Notes: generated from the letters alone by a model not told the origin. Shown: positions 1 to 11,751, counted from the stretch's first letter. The stretch is 64,000 bases of DNA from an uncultured Gemmatimonadales bacterium (GCA_963821525.1 CAWGED010000004.1:32001-96000); one strand, 5' to 3'. Translations and numbers: made by a program.

Positions 1-1
1 C

Positions 2-1189
2 GAGCTGGTTGGGAAAGAAGGAAGAGTGATGCGACCGACTCGGCGACTTGGCGGGTCGGCGGCTCGGCGGCTCGGCGGTTCGGCCAAAGGCCCGAGCGCG
101 AGAACTCAGGAGTTGATCCGCACCCACTTCCCGAAGACTCGGAAGAATTCCTCCGGCTACGCCCTCGACGCCTGGCTCGAGTCGGGCGACTTGCTTGATC
201 TCCTGATCGGCTCCGAAGGGACCCTCGGATTCATTACCGAGATCGGGTGGCGTCTCGACGAGATTCCAATGGGCCGTACCGGCCTTCTGGCCTCCCTTGG
301 CTCTCTCGATGATCTGGAGCCGGCCGTTCAAGCCGTGAACCGTTGTAACCCCAGCGCCGTCGAACTGCTGGACCGCACTTTCCTGGATTTGGTCGCCCTC
401 GCGGGACGCGAGAGTCAATTGCCCCAGACTTCGCCCGGAACTCAAGCGGTCCTGCTCATAGAGTTCGAGCGGGAAAACGAGAAAGCGGCATTGGGGGCCG
501 TTGGAGATGCGGCTCGCGCGCTCAACCCCATCGCCAGCCAGGTGGAAACCGCGGTCTCGCCTGCGGAACGCGAGCGGATATGGACCCTGCGTCATGCGGC
601 GAGTCCCATCCTCGCGGGTCTCTCCAACGACCGGCGCTCCATGCAGGTCATCGAGGACGGGTGTGTTCCGCTTCCCCGGTTGGGCGAGTACATCCGTTTC
701 CTTCGGCAGACCGCGGAGGCACAGGATCTCACGGTGGTCATCTTCGGCCACGCCGGCGACGGGAACGTTCATGTAAACGTGCTTCCCGAGTTGACCCGGC
801 GGGGCTGGAGGGAGCGGGTCACCGCCCTGTTCGAGGCGGTGAATGCCGAGACTCTGCGGTTGGGTGGGACCTTGAGCGGCGAACACGGCGACGGCCGGCT
901 TCGGGCGGGATGGCTGGAGCGGCAGTACGGACCGGACGTCCTGGAGCTGTTCCGCGGGATCAAGACGCAGTTTGACCCCCATGGTATCTTCAACCCCGGC
1001 GTAATCCTGTCCGAACCCGTCTCCGCGATCCGACAACTCAAGATCGGGCCCGACGCCGAACCGCTACCAGACGACATAGCGGCGGCATTGCGGGAGATCG
1101 AGCGCAGCGGAGGGTATGCCATCGACCGGCTGGAAATCGCGGACAACTACTGGGGAGACGGGAGACGGAAGACGGAAGACGGGGAGTGA
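2..1189 (+). CDS. FAD-linked oxidase (GlcD/D-lactate dehydrogenase-like), 5'-truncated by the window
   Basis: Motifs GSEGTLG, FGHAGDGNVH, LSGEHGDG and FDPHGIFNPG. The frame is open from the window start. Confidence 0.85.
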   Translation, partial: ELVGKEGRVMRPTRRLGGSAARRLGGSAKGPSARTQELIRTHFPKTRKNSSGYALDAWLESGDLLDLLIGSEGTLGFITEIGWRLDEIPMGRTGLLASLGSLDDLEPAVQAVNRCNPSAVELLDRTFLDLVALAGRESQLPQTSPGTQAVLLIEFERENEKAALGAVGDAARALNPIASQVETAVSPAERERIWTLRHAASPILAGLSNDRRSMQVIEDGCVPLPRLGEYIRFLRQTAEAQDLTVVIFGHAGDGNVHVNVLPELTRRGWRERVTALFEAVNAETLRLGGTLSGEHGDGRLRAGWLERQYGPDVLELFRGIKTQFDPHGIFNPGVILSEPVSAIRQLKIGPDAEPLPDDIAAALREIERSGGYAIDRLEIADNYWGDGRRKTEDGE

Positions 1190-1281
1190 AGCTGAGGATT
1201 GCCTCATCCCGAGCGAAGCGACGAGGGATGAGGTGTTACCTTCGGTCCCGTCTCCAGACTCCAGACTCCAGACTCCAGACT
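1152..1281. repeat. Heptamer tandem repeats (GGA[A/G]GAC-like, then TCCAGAC) around a CCTCATCCC/GGGATGAGG hairpin
   Basis: Read directly from the sequence at the junction before thyX. Confidence 0.75.
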
Positions 1282-1295
1282 TTCTTCTCCCGACT

Positions 1296-2048
1296 ATGGA
1301 CATCCTCAAATCCCCCACCATCACCCTGATCGCCCGGCCCCAGTTCATAGAGCCGGAGCATCTCCGCGTATCCTGGAAGGGCGAGTCATCGGACGGCGAG
1401 AGACTGGCCGAGTTTGCCGGACGGCTCTGCTATATGAGTCAGCACAATCCGGCGGGGCGCACCACGGGGGAGTACCTCTCCAACATTCTCAAGCAGGGAC
1501 ACGGCTCGGTCTTCGAGCACGCCACCTACGTCATCCTGATCGAGGGGATCAGCCGCTCCTGCAGTCACGAGCTGGTCCGGCATCGGGCGGGTTTCGGCTA
1601 TTCCCAGCTCTCTCAACGCTACGTGGACGAGTCCCAGGCCGCGTTCGTCATGCCCCCGGCCATAATCGGAGACACGGCGCTGGAGGCGGAGTGGCAAACC
1701 CAGGTGGAGGCGGCCCAGAAGGCCTACGTCACGGCCGTTGAACGGCTGATGAGCAAGTACGAGTGGGTGGCGGACCGGATCCATCGCAGGAAGCTGGCCC
1801 GCGAGGCGGCACGCAGCGTCCTGCCCAACGCGACCGAGGTCAAGATCGTCGTCAGCGGCAACGTGCGCGCCTGGCGCACCATGCTGGAGCTTCGCCTGGG
1901 TGAGGGTGCCGAGCTGGAGATTCGCCGCATGGCCCTCGGCTGCCTTCGCTTATTGCAGCAGGAGGCTCCATCCCTGTTCGCCGACTTCGAAGTCTATCGC
2001 GCTCCCGATGGGACGGAGTGTGGGAGGGTGGGGTTTCATAAGGTGTGA
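1296..2048 (+). CDS. thyX: FAD-dependent thymidylate synthase ThyX
   Basis: ThyX motif ELVRHR-x7-SQRY plus GHGSVFEH and AREAARSVLPNAT. Start placed at ATG 1296, after the repeat tract. Confidence 0.95.
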   Translation: MDILKSPTITLIARPQFIEPEHLRVSWKGESSDGERLAEFAGRLCYMSQHNPAGRTTGEYLSNILKQGHGSVFEHATYVILIEGISRSCSHELVRHRAGFGYSQLSQRYVDESQAAFVMPPAIIGDTALEAEWQTQVEAAQKAYVTAVERLMSKYEWVADRIHRRKLAREAARSVLPNATEVKIVVSGNVRAWRTMLELRLGEGAELEIRRMALGCLRLLQQEAPSLFADFEVYRAPDGTECGRVGFHKV

Positions 2049-2211
2049 GGTCGTTGAGTCGTGAGTCGTAGTCGAGTCGTCGAAGCAGCTGCTCAAGACC
2101 CATCGACTCACGACCCAACGACCAACAACGGAGAGTACCCATTTCGATCGCTAAACACCTCAGCATCAGCAAACATCCTGCCACTTTCTTCAACTTTCTT
2201 CAAAAAAACTA

Positions 2212-2240
2212 TTGTGCGTTCGTAAGTTCTTTCTTACTTT
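2212..2240 (+). promoter_or_regulatory. Candidate sigma-70 promoter TTGTGC-N17-TACTTT with an upstream A-tract
   Basis: AT-rich intergenic patch upstream of the ATP-grasp operon, with a 17-nt spacer. Confidence 0.4.
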
Positions 2241-2270
2241 AGTATTGCACTCCCTGTCTGACACCGCGCC

Positions 2271-2298
2271 GGCTCGCTCCACTGAGCGGCCTTTTTTT
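2271..2298 (+). terminator. Intrinsic-terminator-like hairpin in the leader (GGCTCGCTC-CACT-GAGCGGCC-T7)
   Basis: GC-rich stem followed by 7 T, about 40 nt upstream of the next CDS. Confidence 0.5.
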
Positions 2299-2334
2299 AG
2301 AATCACGCGGTGACCAATCACGGCGAGGAACCGT

Positions 2335-3441
2335 TTGGGAGTTCGGATCGGACTAGCATTCAACCTCAAGCCTCTGGCGCCGGCTACTGCTGCCGGGGCA
2401 AGCATCGACCCCTCCGTTACCGCAGGTCCCAACGGCCGAGCCCTTCGGTACGATCTCGAGCAACCCGATCTCTACGCCGAGTGGGACGAACCAGCCACCA
2501 TTGACGCAGTCGAGCGGGCGCTTCATCCACTGGGCGATGTCATTCGCCTTGAAGCCGTCTCCGATTTTCCCCGGCGGCTCATGGAAACCCGGCCCGACTT
2601 CGTCTTCAACGTGGCGGAAGGACTCTTCGGGGTAAGCCGGGAGGCGCACGTTCCCTCCATCTGCGAATTCCTGGGGATCCCCTACTCGGCATCGGAGCCG
2701 CTGACCCTTGCGCTGGCATTGCACAAAGGCCGCGCCAAGGAAATCCTGCAATCCCGCGGAGTGCCGACCGCGCCGTTCATGATGGCGCGGACCGTGGCCG
2801 ATGCCCGGAACTGCTCGCTTGCCTTCCCGGTCTTCGCCAAGCCCGCCTTCGAAGGGTCCGGCAAGGGTGTCAGCGTCAAGAGCGTCTGTCAGAACCGCAA
2901 GCAGCTGGTCAAGCAGGTGAACTACCTGCTCTCGACCTATCAGGAGCCGGTTCTGGTGGAGAGCTACCTGTCGGGCGCCGAGTTCACCATCGCGATCCTC
3001 GGCAACGGCGAAGAAGCCCATTGCCTCCCGATCGTCGGGATGCGCTTCAACGAACTGCCCGAAGGCGCCCCGCCGATCTACGGCTACGAGGCGAAGTGGA
3101 TCTGGGATCGTCCGGACGATCCGCTCGAGATCTTCGAGTGCCCGGCCCGCGTCCCGGCGAGACTGGCCACCCAGATCCGGAGCGTGTCGCTGGCCGCGTA
3201 TCACGCCCTTGAATGCCGCGACTGGTGCCGGGTGGACGTCCGTTGCGATGCCCAGGGCATTCCGAACGTGGTGGAGCTGAATCCCCTGCCCGGGATCCTT
3301 CCCGACCCGCGCGACAACTCCTGCTTCCCCAAGGCCGCCCGAGCCGCGGGGATGTCTTACGACGACTTGATCCGCAGGGTGGCGGACATCGCGTGGCGGC
3401 GGATCAGCGGCCGGTCCCTCTTGGCGGAGGCCGCAGCGTGA
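2335..3441 (+). CDS. D-alanine-D-alanine ligase family ATP-grasp protein (paralog 1)
   Basis: Motifs VFNVAEG, KPAFEGSGKG, RVDVR and ELNPLPG. TTG start is uncertain. Confidence 0.85.
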   Translation: MGVRIGLAFNLKPLAPATAAGASIDPSVTAGPNGRALRYDLEQPDLYAEWDEPATIDAVERALHPLGDVIRLEAVSDFPRRLMETRPDFVFNVAEGLFGVSREAHVPSICEFLGIPYSASEPLTLALALHKGRAKEILQSRGVPTAPFMMARTVADARNCSLAFPVFAKPAFEGSGKGVSVKSVCQNRKQLVKQVNYLLSTYQEPVLVESYLSGAEFTIAILGNGEEAHCLPIVGMRFNELPEGAPPIYGYEAKWIWDRPDDPLEIFECPARVPARLATQIRSVSLAAYHALECRDWCRVDVRCDAQGIPNVVELNPLPGILPDPRDNSCFPKAARAAGMSYDDLIRRVADIAWRRISGRSLLAEAAA

Positions 3442-4445
3442 AGATCGCGATACTCTACGACGGGGAGCACGAGACCTGGGATGCCAAGGACGTTGCCTCC
3501 GTCATGGACAGCGTTCGCGAAATCCAGACCTGCCTCCGAGCCCGGAACTATGAGGTCAGCACGGTTCCCGTCCGCCACCAGGACTTCAGCTGGTTGACCA
3601 AGGCCCGCCGGGTTGATGTGGTCTTCAACCTGTGCGAGGGAATCGGCGGAATCTCCCGGTTCGAAGACTTCGTGGTTGGCACCCTCGAGCTGGCCGGGCT
3701 TCCTTATACCGGTTGCCGGCCCTGGCCGGTTGCTCTCTGCCACCGGAAGCACGTGGCGAACACCGTGCTCGCGCGGGGCGGAGTGCCGATTCCCCGCTTC
3801 ATCCTGGCGCAAGGAAACCGGCTGCCCTCCGACCTGACCCTGCCGGTCATCGTGAAGCCCGCGGCGGAAGACGCGAGCGTCGGGATCGATTCGGCCTCGG
3901 TCTGCACCACGAAGAAGGCGCTCAAGAAGCGTCTCGCTGAGATGGCCGAGCAGTGGGAAGAGGTGCTGGTTCAGGAGTATGTCGCCGGCCGTGAATTCAA
4001 TGTCGGCTTCGTGGGCCGCCAGGTTCTCCCGCTGGCCGAGTTGTGCTTCGACGGCATGCCCGAGGGCAGCTGGCCCATCCTTACTTATGCTGCGAAGTGG
4101 GACGTGGGCAGCCCGGAGGATCTGGGTTCGACGCCGGTGTGCCCCGCGGAAATTCCCGCCGACCTGGCAAAGCGGATAGTGCAGGTGGCGCGTTCGGCAT
4201 GGGAGAATCTCTGCAATGCCGAAGGCTACGGGCGGGTTGACCTCAGAGTCGATTCCGACGGCCAGCCCTATATCCTCGAAGTGAATCCCAACCCCGACAT
4301 CTCGGACTCGGCTGGCCTTTCGCGTATGGCGAAGGCGCATGGCTGGGAATACGAGGAGCTGATCGCCCGGATCGTCGAGGAAGCGCTCAACCGTTCCAGC
4401 TCCCGCCAGGCAGCCGCGGCTCTCGCCAGCGGCACTCCCACATGA
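3438..4445 (+). CDS. D-alanine-D-alanine ligase family ATP-grasp protein (paralog 2)
   Basis: GTGA overlap with the upstream stop. Motifs VFNLCEG, KPAAEDASVGI, YGRVDLR and LEVNPNP. Confidence 0.85.
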   Translation: MKIAILYDGEHETWDAKDVASVMDSVREIQTCLRARNYEVSTVPVRHQDFSWLTKARRVDVVFNLCEGIGGISRFEDFVVGTLELAGLPYTGCRPWPVALCHRKHVANTVLARGGVPIPRFILAQGNRLPSDLTLPVIVKPAAEDASVGIDSASVCTTKKALKKRLAEMAEQWEEVLVQEYVAGREFNVGFVGRQVLPLAELCFDGMPEGSWPILTYAAKWDVGSPEDLGSTPVCPAEIPADLAKRIVQVARSAWENLCNAEGYGRVDLRVDSDGQPYILEVNPNPDISDSAGLSRMAKAHGWEYEELIARIVEEALNRSSSRQAAAALASGTPT

Positions 4446-4985
4446 CCACCCTGACCCGAGTCAATCTCCGTGAGCTCACGGCCGCGGACGTCGCCCGGGT
4501 CGTGGGGCTTACCCGCAGCACGGGCGTGTTTCGCGATGAAGAGATCGCGATCGCGGAGGAAGTGGTTAGGCGAGGCGGTCAAGGGAATAAGGGCGGACAG
4601 GGCGAACGGGGCGGACGAGACGGACGGTGAGGAGCGTCCCTACTACGCCCTAGGTGCCGAAGTGGACGGGCGGGTTGTCGGTTGGATCTGCTGGGGTGCC
4701 ACACCCTGCACCGTCGCGACCTGGGATCTCTACTGGATGGCGGTGGATCCGGAAATGCACGGCCAGGGCGTGGGGACCGCGCTGCTCGAGGAGATGGAGA
4801 ATCGCCTCAGCGACAAGGCGCGGCTCATTGTGATCGACACCTCCGGCCGGCCCGACTACGCGCCAACCCGCGCCTTCTACCGGGCACGCGGGTATCAGAC
4901 CGCTGCTGTCGTCCGGGACTTCTACGCCCTCGGCGATGATCAAGTCATCTTCTCCAAACGCCTGCATCGGGATCGTCGGTATTAG
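4442..4985 (+). CDS. GNAT N-acetyltransferase (one frameshift near 4565)
   Basis: The N-terminus MTTLTRVNLREL continues in another frame into WDLYWMAVDPEMHGQGVGTALL...FYRARGY. Confidence 0.85.
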
Positions 4986-5134
4986 TCTGGGACGAATGGA
5001 ATCCTGGATGGGATGAACGGCTTCTCCGTAACCGGGGAAGCCGTTTTTGATTCGCAACAGCCAGCGCCGACTAGACAAGGTCGTAAAGTCGCCACACATT
5101 AGGAAATCCGCATTCGATTCCTTCGACAGAGGGC

Positions 5135-8100
5135 ATGGTTATGACCCTTGCAATCGTGCGCCGGGGCTTGCCGCTGGCGGCGGCAGCCATCCTGTTGATG
5201 ACGGGAGCAGTGACCGCGTGGGCGCAGAATGGCAGGCTGGCCGGAACAGTCACCGACAAGGCCACCAACGCGCCGCTTGAAAACGCGCGGATCCTGGTGA
5301 GCGGCACCAGCCTGATCGAAACCACGAACAGCGAAGGCAGGTACAACATCCGGAGCATTGCGCCCGGAACCTACCAGGTGCGGGCGCTGCGCATCGGGTA
5401 TGCGCCGCTGGTTCAGACGGTGACCATTGGTCAGGACGAGACCGGGGCCCTGGATTTCGCCCTCACGGCGGCACCGGTCCAGCTGGATGAAATCGTCACT
5501 ACCGCGACGGGGCAGCAACGCAAGCTCGAGGTGGCCAACGCCGTCTCGACCATCGACGTCGCCTCGATAGCGGCTGAGCAGCCGATCACCCAGATGGCGG
5601 ACCTCATCTCAGGCCGAGCCGCCGGCGTGCAGGTGCTGAAGAGCGCCGGCACTACCGGCTCCGGCACCAGGATCCGGATCCGGGGATCCAACAGTATCTC
5701 CCTCTCCAACGAGCCACTGTATTACATCGACGGGATCCGGATGGAGAGCTCCGCTTCATCCAGCACTCTCGATATCGGCGGCTTCGGCGCGGGGGACCCC
5801 AGGACCAACGGCCCCTCCCGGCTCAACGACCTCAATCCGGACGACATCGAGTCCATCGAGATCGTGAAGGGGCCGGCCGCAGCCACCCTCTACGGCATTC
5901 AAGCCTCGAACGGGGTGGTGAGAATTACCACCAAGAAGGGCAATCCGGGCCGGCCCAAGTGGAACTTCTTCGCCGAAGCCGGCGGAGTCAGCGACAACAA
6001 TACTTATCCGCATGAACTTCTTCGGGCGCGACAGTACAGCCGCGACCGGCGCCGACTACGACTACTTCTGCCTCCTGCAATACCAGCTGGATGGGCTTTG
6101 CACCCAGACTTCGGTTCTCAAGTATACGCCTCTGGAGACGGCCAGCACTCGCCCGCTCAAGACCGGCTTGCGCCAGCAATACGGGGCCAGCGTGTCGGGC
6201 GGCAACGAGTTCGCGACCTACTTCGTCTCCGCCGGATACGAGAATGAGGACGGCGTCTTTCGCCTGTCGCAGATCGAGGAAGACTCGGTCCGCAACGCGG
6301 TCGGAACCGTGCCCGACAACCAGATCCGTCCCAATACCCTGGAACGGTGGAGCATACGCACCAATCTGGGGGCCAACGTCTCCCACAACTCCGACCTCAG
6401 CGCCTCGATCGGGTATATCTCCAGCGACACCCGGTTCGTCGAGAACGACAATAGCGTGCTGACCATCACCGGCAGTGCGGAGACCTCGACCAACCCGCCT
6501 ACCGTGATGGATGGCTGGTATTACACCCCGGCCCAGCTTTTCGCGGAGCTGGCGAGTCAGGGCCTCAAACGGTTCACCACCGGGTTGACGTACAACTGGC
6601 GGCCGAGCTCCTGGCTCACCACCCGGGCGACGGTCGGTTATGACATCGCCAACCGCAACGACATCCAGTTCTTCCCGACGGGACGCGTCGCACCACAGGA
6701 CCAGAACAATGACGGTATCCGGGCCGACAACCGGTTCCAGGTCTCCCAGACCTCGGTAGATCTCGCCGCCACGGCGCGGTTCAAGTTCTCGCCCAATGTC
6801 GGCTCCAAGACCTCGGTCGGCGGTCAGTGGTTCCGGGACTTTTCGACCGGTACCCTGGTCACCGGCCGTGGCCTCGTCCCCGGATCGGAAACGATTGCCG
6901 GCGCGGCGTCGGTGGAAGCGAGCAGCCAGACCAGCGAATCCCGGTCGCTCGGCACCTACATCGAGGAAGAGATTGCGCTGAAAGAGCGGCTGTTCCTGAC
7001 CGGCGCCGTTCGCTTCGACGACAACAGCGCCTTCGGAAAGAACTTCAACGCAACGGCCTACCCCAAGGCCAGCGCCTCGTGGCTGCTCTCCGAGGAGCCG
7101 TTCTTCGACAAGGGCTTCTTCAACACCCTCCGGCTGCGCGGCGCCTTCGGCGCTTCCGGTCAGCAGCCCGGCACTACCGACGCGCTTCGGTTCTTCTCGC
7201 CGGTGACCGGCAAGAAGAACGGCCAGGGCCTGTTCGGGGTGACCCCGGGCGGTCTGGGCAACCCTGACCTCAAGCCGGAACGATCCGATCGAGCTCGAGC
7301 TCGGCTTCGATGCGGCCATGGCCAACGACCGGATCTCGGTCGAGTTCACCTACTACAACAAGGAGACCAGGGACGCCCTCATCCTGAAGCCGGTGATTCC
7401 CTCGGCCGGCCAGGTCGAGAGCCAGTTCTTCAACCTCGGCAAGATCCGGAACTACGGTGCCGAGCTCGCCGTTGACGCGCGGGTGATCGAGGCACGGGAC
7501 TTCGTGTGGGATCTCGCCGTGAGCGGCTCACTGACCCACAACACCATCGTGGAGCTGGGCGTGCCGCCGTTCTATGCGCCGGGAAGCTTCTACCAGCGTC
7601 ATGTCCAGGGATACCCCGCCGGCGGATTCTGGGGCGTTGACGTGAGCTACAACGACGCCAATGGTGACGGCATCATCGCCGCCGATGAGGTCACCGTCGG
7701 GGACCAGCTCCAAGTACAGGGGCCCCGCTCTGCCGACTCAGGAAGCCTCGATGAACAGCAGCATGGGGTTCTTCGGCCAGCGGGTCCGGCTGGGAGCCCA
7801 GTTCGACTATCGCGGCGGCCATCGGATAGACAACTCGATCGAGAATTACCGCTGCTTACGTCGGCAACTGCCGCGGGCTGGTGGACAAGACGGCTCCGCT
7901 CTCGGGAACAGGCGCTGGCGCAGGCCGCGTTCTCCGGCTTCTCCAGCAACGTGATCTTCGATGAACCGGGATGGTTCATCAAACTGCGGGAGCTTTCGCT
8001 CACCTTCTACGCGCCCCTCAAGTGGGCGCGCAGCATGGGCGCCTCGACGGCCAGCATCACCCTCGCCGGGCGGAACCTCTGGACCATCACCGACTACTCT

Positions 8101-8212
8101 GGAGTGGATCCCGAGGTGAACGCCTTCGGGCAGGATAATTTCGGCGCCAGCGACTTCGAATCGCAGCCCCAGGTGCAGCTACTGGACGGCGCGGGTCAAC
8201 CTCAGCTTCTAG
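5135..8212 (+). CDS. SusC/RagA-family TonB-dependent outer-membrane receptor (frameshifts near 6010, 7290, 7715-7860 and 8180)
   Basis: Carboxypeptidase-regulatory-like N-domain, plug motif LNPDDIESIEIVKGPAAATLYG, GNPDLKPE, and C-terminal ...VNLSF* at 8212. Confidence 0.9.
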
Positions 8213-8223
8213 GCGGAAACGAC

Positions 8224-9620
8224 ATGTCAATGTTGATCATTTCCATGCCGGCCGCCTCCTGGCTGCGGAGCGCGCGCTGCGCGACGGATCATCACACAAG
8301 GCCTGCTTGCCGGCATCGGCTCTCACCCTGGGAGCCGGCTGCGGCCTGCTGGACACCAACCAGCCCGATATCATCGAACCGGGCGGACTGGAAACCCCGG
8401 AGGGCGCCGAGGCTCTCCGGGTCGGCGCGATCCACGACTTTGGTTTCGTCAAGGATGGAGACGGCAGCCAGGTCGGTACCGAGGGCTTGGTCATGCTGAC
8501 CGGGGACATGGGCGATGAATTCATGCACTCGGGATTCATCCCCTCGACGGTGGAGTTCGACCAGCGGCTGCTGGTGCCTAACAACTCCAGCCTGGACGAC
8601 GTGTTCTTCCGTCTGCATCGCGCCCGGACCTTGAGCGAGGGAGCGGCGACGGCACTGGAAGCCTTCGCTCTGGATCCCGACAATAACGCCGGGATTCCCG
8701 AGATGTTGAGCCTGGCAGGCCTGACCTACGTCTATTTCGCCGAGGATTTCTGTTCCGGAGTGACCTATAGCTCGACCGTGAACGACCAGCCCGTCTTCGG
8801 GCCGCAGCTCGATACCCAGCAGAGCCTCGACACCGCGATCGCGCGATTCGACTCCGCTCTGAGCCTGCCCGCCATCGCGGTGGATCCCAACATCGAATAC
8901 CTCGCCTCGGTCGGGAAGGCCCGCGCGCTGCTGAACAAGGGCGACTACGCCCAGGCGGCAGCCGCGGTCGCCAGCGTTCCGACGGATTTCCAGTATGTCA
9001 CCGAGCATGGACCGAGCCCGCTGGAGCTGGCCAACGCGATATTCATCTACGGGACCGGCGGCAGCAGCGGCAGCATAAGCATGTCCGACGCGGAAGGCGG
9101 AAACGGGCTCCCCTACCGGACGAATAACGATGCACGGGTACCGTTCTTCGACACCGGCGAGCTTGGGCTGGATCAGACGACGCCGCAATTCGATATTCTG
9201 AAGTATCCGGACCAGAGTGCCTCCATCGTCGTGGCAGACGGGATCGAGGCCCGGCTGATCGAGGCCGAGGACCGGCTGCAGGCCAGCGACATTCCCGGCA
9301 TGATGACCATTCTCCAGGACCTTCGGGACAACGCCATTACCCCGGCGCTTCCGACGCTCGGCACACCCGCCGGTACGACCGATGCGATTGACACCCTGTT
9401 CTCCGAGCGGGCGTACTGGCTGTACGCCACCGCTCATCGCCTGGGCGACATGCGGCGCCTGGTAACCCAATACGGCCGGAACGTGAACACGGTCTTCCCG
9501 GTGGGGGTCTACCTCCGTGGTGGGGACTACGGAACGGTGGTCAATTTCCCGATGCCGCAAGCCGAGGTGGATCAGAACCCGAATTACGACCCGTCCAAGT
9601 GCGACCCAACGAAGCCCTGA
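8224..9620 (+). CDS. SusD/RagB-family outer-membrane lipoprotein (frameshift near 8300)
   Basis: Follows the SusC-like gene. Lipobox-like GAGC, ARLIEAE, ERAYWLYATAHRLGDMRRL, and C-terminal FPMPQAE...NPN. Confidence 0.85.
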
Positions 9621-9997
9621 CACTGCGAGTACTAGCCTTGTGGGCGGCGGCCGTCTGCTGGTCCGCCTGCGGGGGGAAATCCGATATATCTGATGAAATC
9701 TCTCCCAGCTCGGGAGAGATGGGGGTGCGGATAGAAAGCCACTACTGGTCTGATGCCACGATTTCGATCTCCCGGGGCGGTACATGGAACCGCATTGGAC
9801 TGGCGGGAGCCAACAAGACCTCCAGCTTCGTCGTCCCCTTCCGGCAATTCGGAACCAACCAGTCCGCCCGCCTCAAGGCCGACCCTGTCGGAGGGGACGC
9901 GCCGTTCGTCTCGGACGCGGTGAGTATCCGGCCCGGCGCCCTGATCGTCTGGACGCTCGAGTCTACTTTGGACCGGTCCAATATCGCGGTGTATTAG
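9617..9997 (+). CDS. Small hypothetical lipoprotein
   Basis: Signal peptide ending in SAC. Paralogous to the convergent 10010-10394 gene. Start uncertain (CTGA overlap). Confidence 0.65.
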   Translation: MTLRVLALWAAAVCWSACGGKSDISDEISPSSGEMGVRIESHYWSDATISISRGGTWNRIGLAGANKTSSFVVPFRQFGTNQSARLKADPVGGDAPFVSDAVSIRPGALIVWTLESTLDRSNIAVY

Positions 9998-10009
9998 GCC
10001 TGCGGCAGG

Positions 10010-10394
10010 CTACTGGTAGTGCACGACGGACTGCGCCAGATACTTCTCCAGCTTCCAGCGGATTTCCTCGCCTCCCGTCGCACTCAGCTCTTCGGTGACG
10101 TAGCCCTCGGTCGCGCCGAGATGGAAGGCGCCGAGGTGAAATCTTCCACCCGGTCCCAGGCGGCGGACCGGAACCGTGAACTTCTGGGTGGCTCCCGGGG
10201 CGATGGTGCCCAGACGCTCAGTCGTGCCGTCGTGGATCAGGTTGATGACGACATCGATCTGATGGTAGCTCTCGACGATGAGCAGGATGTCACTCGGCTG
10301 CCGGCTCAACGTCGGTGTCCTTGGTGTGGTGGCAGGCCAGGCTTAGCGCGACCAGCAGCAACCCGCCGACGATACCACGCCGTGGCATTCTCAT
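10010..10394 (-). CDS. Small hypothetical lipoprotein (frameshift near 10295)
   Basis: Signal MRMPRRGIVGGLLLVALSLAC, then a domain alignable by eye to 9617-9997. Confidence 0.65.
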
Positions 10395-10400
10395 ACTGGT

Positions 10401-11706
10401 CTATCTCCCTGACGCTCCGCCTTTCACCACAGACCCGCCTTTCATGACGAATCCGACCTTCATCATCCGGTGCAGATCAGCCATGGCATCACCCTCAACC
10501 GCGATGATATCGGCGAACTTCCCCGGAACCAGCGATCCAACCTTGTCTTCCCACTTCATCAGCTCGGCGGCCCGGATCGTGGCGGACTGAATCGCCTGCA
10601 TCGGCGTCATCCCGTAGCGTACCATGTAGGGCAGCTGAGCCGCGTTGAGCCCGTGAGGGTAGACCCCGCTATCCGTTCCGTAGGCGATCTTGATCCCCAT
10701 CGCGACCGCTTTCCTGAAGGCCACGCGCTGCGTCTCGGTGGTCTCCGTGTTCTTGCGCAGGATCTCCTCAGGCCAGCCGTCGCGCTTGCCGACCGAGTCT
10801 ATATAGTCGCCGTTGTAGATGTCCGCCACCAGCCATGTCCCGTGCTCCTTCATCAGCTTCAACGCCTCGTCGTCCGCTAACGAGCCGTGTTCGATCGACC
10901 GTACCCCGGCGCGAACCGCCCGCTTGATGCCCTCGGCGCCGTGCGCATGCGCCGCGACGAAGGTCCCGTAGTTGGCCGCCTCGTCGACGGCGGCGCGGAT
11001 CTCCTCTTCGCTGTACTCGGGCGCGCCCGGATTGGTTCCAGCGGCAAGGACAGCGCCCGTGGCGATGATCTTGATGAAGTCGGCGCCCCCGTCCAGGATC
11101 TCCCGCACCCGCTGGCGGATTTCGGGAACCGAATTGGCGACGCCTTTCCGCATCTCGGCAGGAACCACCACATCCGGGGCGAGGCCGGTCACCTCACCTC
11201 CGCCTCCCGAAACCGTCACATATGCTCCGGCGACCTCCATACGCGGACCGATCACGGTGCCATCGTTGATGGCGTTCCGGAGCGCCACGTCAACGAAGGC
11301 TCGAAAGGTTCCTACGTCCCGGACAGAGGTGAAGCCCGCCAGAAGCGTCGCGCGGGCCTGTCTCACCCCGATGAAGGCATTCTGAGCCGCTGAGTTGAGC
11401 AGAGGGTCAGCCGGACTGGCGCCCTGAATGGAGTCTTCCAGGTGGGTATGGCAATCGATGAGACCGGGCATCACTGTGTAGCCCGAGAGATCAATGATCC
11501 GGGCCCCCTTGGGAATCGCGGCCGAGGCCGGCTGCACCGCCTCGATCTTCTCGCCGCGAATCAGGATGACCTGGCCGGTACGCACCTCGCCTTGCACCAC
11601 ATCAACCAGGCGCCCGGCCTTGATGGCGGTGACTTCCTGGGCAGCGAACAGGTTTCGTTGAGATAAAGGCTGAAACAGCGAGAATGCAGGTTAGTGCGAA
11701 TTTCAT
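10401..11706 (-). CDS. Secreted amidohydrolase family protein (Xaa-Pro dipeptidase-like; frameshift near 11650)
   Basis: Motifs PGLIDCHTH, AAHAHG, SIEHG, GTDSG and GKFADIIAV. Confidence 0.9.
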
Positions 11707-11751
11707 CTGAGCCACACTCCCGGGTTGTCCCCCGTCTACCTAACCCCCTGT

